From Takakia lepidozioides (Eukaryota; Plantae; Bryophyta), in the NCBI GenBank assembly GCA_030704615.1, contig CM060733.1:5828001-5892000 (forward strand): a stretch of DNA of 64,000 nucleotides, given 5' to 3'. Below the pieces are notes generated by a model. It had not been told where the DNA came from. It made no database searches and worked only from the letters and a program-made list of their open reading frames with translations. Of this stretch, positions 1-12,658 are shown piece by piece. Position 1 is the stretch's first letter; each line of letters begins with the position of its first letter. The position numbers were made by a program, and so were the translations under genes.

Positions 1-269
1 TGGCCGATGGATGGAACATGGAAGTTGGCCCTTACTAGGCCCTTCCGGTTACATGGTGCAATCTCCAATCCGACGATGTCTTACAATTAGTGATTTTACA
101 TTTTCGTAACATCATTATTGTTTTGCCGCAGAAGCCTTATGAATTCGTAAGGCTACACTTCGAGCAGTTCTTTACACAGAATAAGGGCATGAATGGAGGG
201 CCTTCCGCCATTTTCAAGTCTAGGGCCCTCAAATGGCGGAAAGCTCTCCACTCAGGCCCTTTTCCTATA

Positions 270-460
270 CATAATCTAGTATATTCTCTACAGAGCTTTC
301 CGTATGTATTCTAATCATAATCTGGTGTATTCTCTAGGGTGCTTCGCGTTGCTCCGCACTAGTGTACTCCAATTATAATCTAGTATATTCTCTAGGGGGC
401 TTCGCGTTAGTGCGCACTAACGTATTCCAGTCATAATCTAGTCTATTTCTAGGGGGCTTA
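270..460. repeat. Imperfect tandem repeat, 4 units (about 47-58 bp), core ATAATCTAGTATATTCTCTAGGG
   Basis: Core recurs at ~271, 317, 375 and 433. Confidence 0.75.
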
Positions 461-530
461 TTCAGCTCAGCTGTTCTATTAATTAATATAACTATGGATA
501 ATGTTTACATTTTCTTTTGGGACATACCTA

Positions 531-1154
531 TGCAGAGCCCACTAAAGTAGGTACTAACTTACTAAGTACTAAGAGATATGGGGAGAAGAGCGCTCTCTCC
601 TTTACGTACCCTCTTAGGGCGGCGGCCCCGCCTTAGTTTCTTCAAATCCTTGTGTAGCTTACTATATATCCTCCCTATTTAACTCCTAGACCATCCTCTA
701 ATGGACAAGGCCCATGCAAACTTAGGGCTTGTTCTGATAACAATGTTGATTATTGTCATTTCTATTTATTTGAAGATGTTCCAAATTTTAATTTTCTAAG
801 GAGCATCTGCTTGCAGAGCCCACCAAAGTGAGATGGAGGCTGAAGAAACTTTGTAAAATGTAGCCCTTACCCTCTATATATAGTGTCTCAAGGCGTGGTG
901 GAGCCTTCTAGAACAGGGCCACCTCCTCATCCCCACCACTTCATCCCCTTCGAAAGCTCTAGAACTAGAAGCAGGGTGGCCCCTCCAGCTTCCATGCTAG
1001 CCTGTGCACTATACACTGGCCTCATATTTCACCCATTCCACCAGAGGTGCCCTACTCCCCATGGGCTGTTCCAATCCTCTCCCTTTTTTTGACCTTCAGG
1101 AATAGCCCTTGCCAGAATTTGGGACCCTTACTTTAGTGACAACTTCTGATAACA
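531..1154 (-). repeat. Two adjacent short elements (531-742, 812-1154) with shared termini TGCAGAGCCCAC...TTCTGATAACA; solo-LTR-like
   Basis: Both have TG...CA ends and the same terminal 11-12 bp. Interiors differ and no TSD is seen. Confidence 0.35.
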
Positions 1155-1290
1155 ATGTCCACCTCTCTAATTGTCACATGTGGATTCCAGTCCCGGGTGG
1201 TATCCTAGATGTATTGCCTTCATGGCCCCAACAGGGTTATTTTTTCCCCTGATCCCCTTTAGTTTGATTATCTGGGCTTTTGTCCCCACA

Positions 1291-1323
1291 AATAATAATA
1301 ATAATAATCATAATCATAATAAC
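1291..1323. repeat. (AAT)n/(AATCAT) microsatellite
   Basis: Read directly from the sequence. Confidence 0.9.
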
Positions 1324-1399
1324 AAGCAGCTAGACGCATATGGCTCCTCTTTGTAGTGAGATCTACCTTCATCCGTAATAAACCTGAAAGTTCATCCAT

Positions 1400-3055
1400 T
1401 TATTTTTCATAAATTGTTATCTGAGGGAGGTATTGCCTTGAGAAGCATAAGCGGTTTTCGAAAAGGAGAGGAGGTAACGCCTGGGGAAGGCACAACAGGG
1501 CCTTAGCGATCTTTGACACTGATGCAGAAGTCTCCTCTTTAGAATAAAAACGAGCCAATAACCTCAAAATACAAGTCCGGAAAAACCAACCAGTAGCTTC
1601 CAAAAGAAGCTGAACTTCTTTCTCAACTGGGACCGCCCTGAACATTGCATCCTCAAATGCAAAAGCTCCCTGCAAACAAAATTTAAACCTGAAGGCAATT
1701 ATGTGATTATGATATGAAGAACTGACAAATGCAGTTCACAGAATTACATTGGAAATGGATCACGTCATCCATTACCTTCAATGTATAATCATCCTAGCAA
1801 CAACTAAAAACTCTTTCCCTCCGCCTATGTCACCTATTTGAATGAGACCTCTCCACTGTCCCTACTCTACATGTAGTAGGCCGGCTTACAGCCATTCACT
1901 TAATGCATGTGCTTTTGGTAATGTCAGAAGCAACAGATGGCAGATGCACACTTGCTGGAAATTCTTGTCCTGTTCCTTACATATTGAATTGGTAGAGCGT
2001 ACAATGAATACACATCTCTATATCTGATTCGAAATAGAACATGGATGAGAACTGACCATAGCCAGCTTGTGAGTTGTATGACCAACTTTGGCCTCCTCCG
2101 ACCGCACATAGAAAGCTTTATTGAGTGCTTCTACCTGCATGCAAAGAGCAGCATCAAAAACGAAAGATTAGAGGGACTCTTAAAACAGTAACCTTTCAAA
2201 GTGTGGCTATGTTCTCTACAAAGGGAACTATGAGTGATGGGAAAACAGGGGAAGACAGCAACATAGAATCAACCTGAAATAATCTACTTCTCTTTACTTG
2301 AGAGGGAAATTATCTGGGGAGGATTAATGATTGAGTTCAATATAACCGGTGTGCGCCAATGGCAGTGTCTCTCTCAGCAAATACACTAGAATCAACCTGA
2401 AATAATCTACTTCTCTTTACTTGAGAGGGAAATTATCTGGGGAGGATTAATGATTGAGTTCAATATAACCGGTGTGCGCCAATGGCAGCGTCTCTCTCAG
2501 CAAATACACTAGAAATCTGGCGAACACATGTACCCAAAGTCTGTCAAGAGACTTGACACGTAGTCAGCAAATGATCTTTCTTGAGCTGCAAATACATTTT
2601 CTAGTGTGCATGTGTGGGACATACTTGCAATAAGAGTTGTGGGCTGTTTGAAAAAAACTATACAACAGCAATCAGCATCGTGTATGTTAAAGGCAATAAG
2701 GCCAATTACTCTTCGTCACATGTTGATAGGCACAGTAGAAGAGTTCTGGAAACATATGTTCATTTGTTAGATTGTTTCGACATCAATACAAGCAGCTCCC
2801 TGCAACCTGTAATACTTTCTACTTATTTCAACCAACTATGATACATGTGGCACCACACAGTACAGCCAAAGCCCTGTAAATACATACTTTGTATCAGCCA
2901 ATCATCATCTGCATTTTACTCACAGCTTGAAATGAACATGCAAAAGTATGATTTTGAAGAGAAGACCGAGCTGTGAGTAAGGACAGACCTGCTTCGGTGT
3001 GGTGGCAGCAGTTGTCATGGATCTCTTGCTGCTTCGCTGTTAGAAAATGCTCCTG
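1400..3055 (-). pseudogene. Series of short GT-AG-bounded exon-like segments of an unidentified gene/pseudogene, or spliced 3' UTR of the PPR gene
   Basis: Minus-strand acceptor/donor pairs bracket peptide-like pieces such as AQERSFADYVSSLLTDFG (~2533-2586), VEALNKAFYVRSEEAK (~2087-2134) and GAFAFEDAMFRAVPVEKEVQLLLEATG (~1590-1670). Some pieces contain stops and no family was recognised. Confidence 0.3.
2264..2514. repeat. 123-bp direct tandem duplication (2264-2386 / 2387-2509)
   Basis: The two copies are identical except for one T/C difference. Confidence 0.95.
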
Positions 3056-3539
3056 CATACAAGTTCATCAACAATGAATCAATGTCTCTCACACCACCTC
3101 CCTAGGATATAATAAATTCCACATAGAAAAGGCAAGGATTTTGGAGCAGTAATGGTAAAGACAGAGCTTGACACAATTATGATACTGAAACACACAAAAC
3201 TCCCTTCTTCCGTGAACTAGTACTTAAGTCTTTGAAAGAAACCATTTTTGGACATAACTTCATCCCTGCTTCCTTATCATGAGTTTGGTGGCTGAAGCGT
3301 ATGCAGACAGAAGAACACTGCTTTGCCATTCAAACAGTATGTCCCTTCAGTTGTGAAATTGAATAGTCGCTGCCAAAACTGCCAGTACTTGAAAGCCTCC
3401 CTACCCTTACCTAACCCTGCATATCCTGGAATCACATGAGACCACATCCTGTGTAGCAATATTGTTGACCACCTGATGCATAGTTCATGTGCCGTGTTTG
3501 GCACACGTGTCAACAGTACAGTACTTAAGAGTCACTTTC

Positions 3540-3903
3540 AATGATGCAAATCCTTTCTTTATTCTTTCATGCCTGTTGCGTGTTTCACCAGTAATTAGTC
3601 ACCACACCCACAAAGCTTGATGATAATGCCGATAAGTGTCCCAGGGAGAACGGTAATGAGGTCGGAAGCAATTGCCAGCTTTTCATTGTGATCGCAAAGA
3701 ATTTACTCACCAGCATGCAATACACCGCATGGATTTCCTCAATTTGTGGATGCATCTGCCTTCTACACTGAATATATGCCACGGTTGTTGAGCTACACCC
3801 TGACTCTTTTCTGACACCTCTGTCCTGCATCATTTTTCTCACCCTAGCTCGATCATACCATCTGCCAGCTGAAGCATAGATGTTCAAGAGTAGCACATAA
3901 GTT
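3540..3903 (-). pseudogene. Out-of-frame E2/E+ and decayed DYW deaminase remnant of the PPR gene
   Basis: The +1 frame gives TYVLLLNIYASAGRW...RKMMQDRGVRKESGCS...HPQIEEI. Another frame at 3595-3702 gives ILCDHNEKLAIASDLITVLPGTLIGIIIKLCGCGD*, matching the DYW HSEKLAIAFGLI..PGT.IRI.KNLRVCGDC motif. Confidence 0.8.
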
Positions 3904-5943
3904 CCCATCATTCTGTGGATCCCAATTGAGAAGGCATTTTGCTGCCCGCTCTCCTATCTCCATATCACCATAAATTCTGCAGGCACCAAGCAAGGCCCCC
4001 CACACTCTGGAATCTGGTTCGATTGGCATTATGTCAATGAAGTTCTCTGCCTCATGCAATCTTCCTGCACGACCAAGAAGGTCCACCATGCAGCCGAAAT
4101 GCTCTAATGTAGGATTGAGGCCGTGATCACGTCTCATGGAATAAAAGTAGTAAAGGCCTTCATCCACTAGGCCTACATGGCTACATGCAGAGAGAACAGA
4201 TGTAAAAGTAGTACTGTTTGGAGTCAAGCCTTCCTGTTGCATTTCTTCAAATAGTTGGAGGGCCTCCCTACCACACCCGTGCTGAGCACATCCTCCAATC
4301 ATTGCACTCCACGAAACCACATTTCGTTCAACCATACTATTGAACACTTGACGCGAATTGTTTACACTCCCACATTTGGCATACATGTCAAGAAGGCTAT
4401 TCTCCAAATTAATACATGATGTAATTCTAGCTTGGATGACATCAGCATGGACTTCTTTGCCCTTTTCCAGGGTTCCTAGGCTGGCACATGCATTAAGAAC
4501 ACAAATGTACGTTACCATGTCAGGCAACACGCCTTCCCGTGGCAGTTGCTTATAGATCTCAAAAGCCTCGATACCATGCCCATGCTGAGCATACCCTGCG
4601 ATCATGGCATTCCATGAGACCACATCGCGTTCAGCCATTTTGTCTAACACCTCCCGTGCATCCTTTACGCTTCCACATTTGGCATACATGTCAACAAGGG
4701 TATTGTTCATGATGATATTTGGTTCAATCCCACTGTTAATGATGTCAGAATGAACCTCTTTGCCTTTTTCCAGGGATGCCAGACTGGCACATGCATTAAG
4801 AATGCAAATGAAGGTGACCCTATCCGGTATCACACCTTCCCTTTGCATTTCCTTGAAAATATCAAAAGCCTCCATACCACACCCATGTTGACAATACCCT
4901 GTGATCAAGGCATTACAGGATACCACATTGCGTTCAGCCATGTTGTCGAACACTTGCCGTGCATCCTTCATGCACCCACATTTGGCATACATGTCAACAA
5001 GGCTATTCTCTAGCTTTATATATGGAACAGTTCCAGCTTTGATGATGGCAGCATGGACCTCCTTGCCCTTTTTCAATGCCCGTACGCTGGCACATGCATT
5101 GAGAACACAAACAAATGTGACCTTGTTGGGTGTCACTCCCTCCCTTATCATTTGTTCATAGATCTCAAGTGCCTCACTACCACACCCATGCTGAGCATAT
5201 CCTGTGATCATGGCATTCCATGAGACCACGTTTCGAGTAGCCATTTTTTTGAACACTTGAAGTGCATCCTTGAAACTTCCACATTTGGCATACATATCAA
5301 CAAGGGTATTCTCCAAAATTATGTAAGGCACAATCCCAGCTTTGATGATGTCTGCATGGACATCTTTGCCCTTTTTCAGGTCTCCAATGCTAGCACATGC
5401 ATTGATAATGCAAACAAACGTGACCTTGTCGGGTTTCACCCCTTCTTGTATCATTAGCTCATAGATCTTGAAAGCCTCTCTACCATACCCAAGCTTGGTA
5501 TATCCTGCCAACATCGTATTCCAAGTAAACACATCTCGTTCAGGCATTTTGTCAAACACTTTACGGGCATTCACCACACTCCCACACTTGGCATACATAT
5601 TGATGAGGGTGTTGAATATAAAGATGTTTGCCTTCAACCCACTCTGGATAATCTGCGCGTGGACCTCCCTTCCATATGCTAGATCTTTTATGTTGATGCA
5701 CTCCTGCAAGAGACAGACATAACTATAGGAGTCTGCTTGAATGCCTGGTTGGGTCAAAATGTGCAGAGCCTCTTTTAGTCGTCCTGCCTTACATAGTGCC
5801 CTCACATCCCCACAGGTGCCGTAAGGGTTCTTGTTGCCTCCCTCTCTTTGTCCTCTTTCAGAAGCAGTGGTGATGAAGGAGACGCTATCCCTACCGCAGG
5901 TCTGGCATCCAACAAAAAAGAGTCCCTGATTCAACCCTGCCAT
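3853..5943 (-). CDS. PLS-class pentatricopeptide repeat protein (organellar RNA-editing factor type), truncated in the E domain by a frameshift
   Basis: Intronless ~700-aa ORF with repeated P-L-S triplets (VVSWNAMIxGYAQHG / PDxVTFVCVLNACAS / LENxLVDMYAKCG), then L2-S2-E1 (HFGCMVDLLGRAGRL...WGALLGAC). First ATG at 5943. Confidence 0.92.
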   Translation of the reverse strand: MAGLNQGLFFVGCQTCGRDSVSFITTASERGQREGGNKNPYGTCGDVRALCKAGRLKEALHILTQPGIQADSYSYVCLLQECINIKDLAYGREVHAQIIQSGLKANIFIFNTLINMYAKCGSVVNARKVFDKMPERDVFTWNTMLAGYTKLGYGREAFKIYELMIQEGVKPDKVTFVCIINACASIGDLKKGKDVHADIIKAGIVPYIILENTLVDMYAKCGSFKDALQVFKKMATRNVVSWNAMITGYAQHGCGSEALEIYEQMIREGVTPNKVTFVCVLNACASVRALKKGKEVHAAIIKAGTVPYIKLENSLVDMYAKCGCMKDARQVFDNMAERNVVSCNALITGYCQHGCGMEAFDIFKEMQREGVIPDRVTFICILNACASLASLEKGKEVHSDIINSGIEPNIIMNNTLVDMYAKCGSVKDAREVLDKMAERDVVSWNAMIAGYAQHGHGIEAFEIYKQLPREGVLPDMVTYICVLNACASLGTLEKGKEVHADVIQARITSCINLENSLLDMYAKCGSVNNSRQVFNSMVERNVVSWSAMIGGCAQHGCGREALQLFEEMQQEGLTPNSTTFTSVLSACSHVGLVDEGLYYFYSMRRDHGLNPTLEHFGCMVDLLGRAGRLHEAENFIDIMPIEPDSRVWGALLGACRIYGDMEIGERAAKCLLNWDPQNDGNLCATLEHLCFSWQMV

Positions 5944-7797
5944 CCTGCATGACTCACAACTCTTAGTCAAGAAGCCTTGTAACTCATACTAATATAACAT
6001 ATCTCAAAGCTCCTTTCTACTTCTGAGAATACGGTCTTCCTGAGGACAGATATATATTACCAGGGATACAAATCATCTACTTGAGTATCAACTGTCCAGT
6101 TGTATCTGTTTGAGTCGGAATTTTTATAACTATCAAAACAAAACCGATTGTACTCTTGGCCTGGTGCTCCATGGTGTACATCCACATTAGAACCCTCACC
6201 AGACTGTGCTTGACCTTGTATCATGGCATGTAGCTCTGCTTTCACCCAAGGAGGGTTCAACCAACCTCAACTCATTTGTGCGCTTGCTCCATAAGTCTGG
6301 TGATCTTGGAGTTCTCTGAAAACCAACAGTCACCAGCTAAGCAGCCATAGCTTCAACCTCAGCCTCCCATAGAACAGGCTACAACCACCATGTTTCAAAT
6401 AGCAAGGAACAACCTTAAAACCTACCCGTAGCAACAGTATGATCTGATTTTGCAGCCTATTCGCAGCCGAGAATAAAATTTACCTAATTGGAGATACAAA
6501 CCTCACACCAGATAGAGTCACAAGTCCTCCAGTTAGCCTCACTTATGAAATCTGAACAACTCCTGCTAGAGTAGTTCTTACTCACTGCTTAGCCTGCGTG
6601 CAAGAACTGCAAGAACCTTTCGATTCCTCTGCCCTTCGCTTCCTTCCATTATGACTGAATAGTTCAATAGACTCTACCATCCATACAAAGTGATGGATAA
6701 CGAAAAATAGGTTTCTTCAGTTGGGCAATAGGCCCTCTGCTGCATTTGCGAGTTCTTGGAAGGTGTATCGTCAAACTCATTTTCTGGGATCTGGGGGTCA
6801 ATTAGGGTTGCGAACAATCTGGGGGGGTCAATTAGGGCGAACAATCTGGGAGAAGTACTCTGAGGGGGCTCCTGCTACTCTATATGTGGTGGACTCTGCA
6901 AGCCAATCTCGATTTGAAGCCAATATAGGTTTTACCTTGATTTTACCACGTAGGAAAATATATTTTACCTCATACCCATATCTACTATGAAGTAAAACCT
7001 AGAAGAATTACCGTAAAAGGATTCGGGCAATCCTTCCTACCTTCCCTCCTTCAAGCACTTGACGGCTTCAAGCACTTGACGGCAGGTGATCAGAATCACC
7101 ACGTAGAGCCTACTTCTCACTTCCTCACAAATCACAATGAGGCCAACACCAAAACTCTGCAAAGTGCCTAACCGTCTATATCCTCAATCACTAGTAGCAT
7201 ATCTCAAACGATTTGGTGCCAGCTGAGAATGAAGACTTGATTGCAGAGGCAAACCTCTTTGAGGTAGAATGATTTGTCTTAGAGACAAATTATTGTTCAA
7301 CATATTATACTATACTCCTTTGATTGGAGTTTGTTTATTTGTCATTTTTTTTGAAAATTTCAGTGACATCCCGTGTACTTAGTTTGTTGTATGCTATATT
7401 GACAAAGCATCATCCAAAAAACACAAATTTATGTAGGTTTTTTTAGTTGTGCTTTTGCTGCACCATAAAAGGTAACCATAGAATTACACATGTTTAATTT
7501 GTTTTGTATTTTGAATTAAGATCCTTATGTAGTTAGTTAGTTTTAGTTGTTCTTTGCTACACCGTACGAAAACTTATAAAATCTCTGGTTTTCCGTTTTT
7601 AATGGAGACCATGCGTATTTAACTAGTTATATATACCATAAAAGACAATCACAAAAAACATATAAGTTTATTTACTTCTGATTTACTAATAAATTCCCTG
7701 GTTTTAGTTGAAAATTCTCAGTATCACCAATCAGATCAGTTCATCTAATTTTCCAGAAGAATAAAAAAATTAAAATAATTTAATATATTTTTAAAAA

Positions 7798-8004
7798 AGA
7801 ACCGGAACCTAACCAGAACCGGTGGTTTTTTTCCAGCAACTAACCGGTAACCGGAACCGCCCCCATGTTAAAAAGTCAGAACTGAGCTGGACCGGAACCG
7901 CCTTAATAAAAAATAACCGGATCCGGATCCAGAACCGTCTCTTCAAAAATTTGTGGAACCAGAATCGAAGGTTCCTTCACAAAGGCAAGAACCGCCCAAC
8001 ACTA
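7798..8004. mobile_element. hAT-like non-autonomous DNA transposon end with AACCGG subterminal repeats
   Basis: Dense AACCG(G) motifs end in ...AAGAACCGCCCAACACTA (revcomp TAGTGTTGGG, hAT-type TIR). The other end was not found. Confidence 0.45.
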
Positions 8005-8278
8005 GTGTCCACCTTCCTAGCGGAATGCAGTAGCCCTTCGTTGTGTAGTGACTCCATAAGTTACGCTTCCTTCAGGATGCGTCATACTTTCTTGACCTTC
8101 GTCTGCCAGCCGAAATCAGCAATTTTGGCAATGATAGAAGCGCCAGTGGTCCACAACCCGCTGTGAGGTGCTTCTGTCCTTGTGGACTCTTGAGTGCGCC
8201 GACGGCACCTTGCCTGCACCTTCAGGCGCACGTAATCCTCACTGTAGACTGTATTCGAGCCTAAATTGGAACATTACG

Positions 8279-9501
8279 CTAGGCCTTCGCCATGGTCAAG
8301 TTGGGAGGAGTCTTCACGGTGTTCAGTGACTTCACAACAGGGCCCCGAGCGGCCTTCACAACACCGTCCCGTGGGATTGAGTTACTCTTATCGTGGTGGC
8401 TCAGATCGTTGTCTTCATTCGTATCCAAGGGCTTGTGCACGACAACTCTCTTTGATGAGGGGGTACTTTCACCTGGGCACTTGTCCATATCCTTGTCAAT
8501 TGATACCTTAGAATCCGCCCTAGTGGTGGGCTTCTTTGCATACTCTGCACTCAATGCCTTGCGAGATCTCTTTTGTTCTCGTTTACGCTTCCCTGTTGCC
8601 TGAACGTGTGGACCGACAAGGGCTACAGCTGGGGGGTTCAACAGTGGTCCAAGAACAGGAGGGGTTGTTGCTAAGGCATGAGGTACATATACTACCATAG
8701 GTAATGGAGAACCACCATCCAATTGAGCTGGAACTGCGGGAATGGATATTGGCGGAGCAACAAGGGAGGTAGCAACTGGTGTGAGTGACATGAAATATAG
8801 GATCTGAAACTTGTGAGGGGCCTCCACCTATGGTACTGTGCAACACAACTGTATCAGAATCAGACTGGGAGTCGGCCCCAACATCAGTTTCAAATCCCTG
8901 TGACCCCAATTCTGAGTTTGATGAGAGGGTTGCCACATGTCCAGTATTTTGGGCACCATCTCTTTCAACCTTCACATCCACATAAGGAGGAACAACAGTG
9001 GATGGGATTGTCAAGTCCACAACATCTTCATGTGTACTTTGTAGCGTATGTGTCGTGACAATCTCTGGAACAAATGCAGCCTGCAGTGGAGATCCAGGAA
9101 TCTTTTTTGGTGGAGAACCAGGAATGAGGAACTTCTTGACATAACCCTTTCCTGAAGCTGAAACCTCTTGCATGATGGTATCAGGTGTGACATCAACCTC
9201 AGGGTTCAACGGATCACCAACAATTGGTGCAACGATCCCGGCCGCGACAGCCCCAGAGGTGACATTTGAAGAGTTGACGAGCTTGGAGTTCGAGGGAAGT
9301 TTTGGTTCACAGCACTACCACCATGTCCACTTTGGCCTCCACTGTAGTTGGTGGTGAATGCGCTATAGTTGTGGTGGCCTGAGATGGAGGTCCTGGTCTT
9401 CGTTTGTTGGCATCAATGAAGCCATCATCTGCTATCACACCTACACCATTACAACTGGTTTGAGAAGGCTGAATTATCACTTGGTGCCTACTGTCTACCA
9501 A
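8279..9501 (-). pseudogene. Frameshifted low-complexity P/S/T/V-rich ORF chain with basic NLS-like stretch; probably a transposon accessory gene remnant
   Basis: Overlapping/adjacent minus ORFs 9307-9501, 8583-9209 and 8279-8827 (GKRKREQKRSRK). No domain recognised. Confidence 0.3.
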
Positions 9502-9569
9502 TACAACATTAACTGTAATTTGAGTCCAGACAAGTCATTGTAGTCCTTACCATTGGCCGAAGTCCCAAC

Positions 9570-10005
9570 AGTTGGACTACAATAATTATGTGGGGAGTGC
9601 ACAGTCCATCATAATGGACTTTTTGTCCCCCATATTAGACTTCCAAGTTCTATGCAGCTGATGGTGGGACTACAAGCAAGATTCACACTCCCTAATTAGG
9701 ACTCACACTCCATCTGGGCCATGACTCAGATTCCAAGTTGAGAAGCAAGCTCCTCAATAAGGACTCGCATTCCACATCGATTATTTTGCAGTTGGACTCA
9801 CACTCCACATGATTAAGCACATGGACTGACCCTCCACAAGACTCTGATTCCAAACTGGAAATCAGTGGAAATCATTAAGGACTCATACTCCCAGTAATTA
9901 GTTAGCAAGTGGACTCACACTCCCCATGTCTAAACACATCGACTCATACTCCACATGAGTCAGCACTTGGACTCACACTCCACATGACTGAAGACTCAGA
10001 ATTTG
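9570..10005. repeat. Array of about 12 GGACTCACACTCC-like motifs with short variable spacers
   Basis: Motif at ~9699, 9760, 9794, 9823, 9879, 9911, 9940 and 9969, plus degenerate copies. Confidence 0.8.
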
Positions 10006-12658
10006 TGGGGCTACTATTCAACAAGTTTCAGCTGTTTGTGCAGCTGATTTGCGGGATGGCAGGTGGCCTGCGGCTCTCCCTCATGCTACCTCCCACCACA
10101 TCTTGCAAAAGCATTACAGGTGTGGCACCCCCTTAGCTTTTGTGCAATCTGGTGTTCCCTACTCATATTTTCACTTTTATTGCGTACCTCATAGCCTAGG
10201 TGGGGTAGAGGGGTAGAGTAGTCTCTTGTTGTTGTAGCACGTGACAACCCAACTCATCCTTGCGTACCTAATTACCTGAACTGAACCATGACGCTAGATT
10301 GAAGGAACTTGTCTCTTCTGTCAATCATTGGTTGGGATCGAAGAGGAATATGCCTCCCCTGCCTCGCTGATATCGTCCCTTTTATAACAATGACCACATT
10401 TGGTACAAGCCATATACAAATACAACTTGACAAAAAAGGGCATGCAGTCTCACTTGAAACCAGCCAGCGACAACAGTTCACAAGTCTACATGGTAGGCCA
10501 GATTAGGCCAGATCCCCTCATCCCTCCCCACGATCATTAAATGCCACAATTGTGTGCTCCCTTCTAGCACATATCTTGCTGTGGAGTTCTCCTCCAGTTG
10601 TAACTGTGATGAACATACACAAAACAGGTCAAACAACTAAACACAAACTTTGGATATTCTCACTCAAATGTTTCCACTACAGACGGATTAATACTAAAGT
10701 TACAACGACCATGTTGGCCTACCTTGGAGTAGGCATTGCCGTGTGGGAGAGCAACTCCAACCATGCCTAAAACTTTAAAATCCATTCAGCTTTCGGTGCT
10801 CAAAGAGAGCATGTCAGCGTGCTCTACAATAGCTAATGCGGCTGTTCAAGGCAAGTTTGGCGCACCACCCTCGAGCTCTCAAAGTCATGAGTTAGTTCAA
10901 GGTCAGATGGTGGGCTCAGTACCTAATACCAGATACCCTAAGATGACAGACTCTATTTTTTGGAAGCAAGACCGTCCTGTTAAACAGTTTGAAGTCATGG
11001 CAGAAAAATGTAGAGGAGATGTTTCAAGTACCTGAAGTTTGGGCAGGAAGAACTGACCCTGCTGGATGAAGCTCACTTGGAGGCTGAAGTGTCTAAAGCC
11101 ACGTCCGAAGCATGAATAATGCTTGAACAAAAATAAGTTAGGAATAAACATCCCTGAACTTGTTTCCAGTTTGTGACATGGGTGAACCTTAGGCTGAAAG
11201 GCCTACCTATCCTCATCATTAAACTACAATTTAACCCCAGGGCGGGGGGTCAATTCTTGAACAAATAACACATGCAGACAGGAAAGGGAGATTGTCAATG
11301 CTCGATGTGTGGGCACGCTGAAGGCAATACCCATTTTCTAAAACAGTGTCCCGGGTATTCTCATCAGAGAGCCACCCTCTTCAGGACCGTATAGTGCTTG
11401 CACCTCTGTTCACTAACTTTCAAAGTATCGATTCTGAGCCTAAGGCCCTGGCCCTGTTGGGGTCTAATTGCTAGGTAGCTCAGACACAGCAGATTGATGC
11501 AACCAATTGTTTATATCAAGGTAGCTCCAACTACTGGAGTGAGCCCCTCACAAAGGTAATAGTAAGCAGACTTTTGTGATCAATCATCATGCAGGTACCC
11601 TCACCGTAATGGTCACATATAAACTGTCATGTATGAATGACTGTGCAGCCTAAATTTTTAGGGTTTTACAACATGAATTGCTAGTAGGTAGCTCCAAAAA
11701 TTAGCTCAACTAGACTCACTAACAAGACGTAAGTATATCCTCTCTGGGCAGGGAAAAAAATGGAGAAATACCAACCCAACAAGGAACACACCATAGAGAA
11801 TGATAAACAAAACAGGCAATGCAAGAAGTATAGAATCAGGCGTGAAAGATCGCAGCGGCGGCTTGTACTTGTAGAGTTCAAGTGGAAAGTTACTAGTCAT
11901 GATCATCATTTGGATGGCAATCTGCCATCTCTTTCCAGGCGCTACGACAGAAACATCCATGCTTGCAGGAACCTAATTCCAGATATGCCGCACACCAAAT
12001 CGTCTGGCCACGAACTTGAACGAAACTTACCAAAGAGAGAGTCAGGCAACAATCAAGTGCTTTTCCAGCGATGGCACACCCGAGCACCCCCGCCCAAGCT
12101 CCTCCTCTACTCCTCTACCCTCGTGCCTCTGTTGCTATGGCAGCAACACACAATGTTGCACTTTATAAGCTCTGCTCGCATCACCCGCTTCCTCTGCTAC
12201 CACCACCCAAGCGCGCCCATAGAAACACAGAAATGAAAATGAACTTCACGCATGCGTAGAGTTGATGAAACAATCACAAGCTAAACCCTAAAAATCTTAC
12301 AAAATGGTAAGCAAACTTTTGTGATCAAACATTCCCAATCTCTTCCCAATCTCTTCACATTCCCAATCCCAATCAACTCGTACGTCTTGGCTAGCTTCTA
12401 GTTGTGCATCGCGCGTCATACATGACAGCTCGTCGTCCCCGCACTTCAGTCTAGCCCAACGCGACCAGCCATCTTCCAGCCACCCCCCGCGACCTCCAAT
12501 CGACGGTAATAACTTGATGTACAAAAACAATCAACGGCTACAATAAATTCAACTTTTTCCGACTTCGTTCCCGCGTGCTGCGTTTTCTACTTCATATGTC
12601 CATTTTTTATGGACTGCAAGTTGCCGCTTTTGGATGGCCCGTACCATGCTTCTACCCG

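Noticed and set aside
4358-5722. Plus-strand ORFs over the PPR gene
   Set aside because: Antisense shadows of the repetitive PPR coding sequence.
9570-10005. CRISPR-like repeat-spacer array
   Set aside because: Eukaryotic context, repeats only ~13 bp and degenerate, spacers short and partly related, no cas genes.
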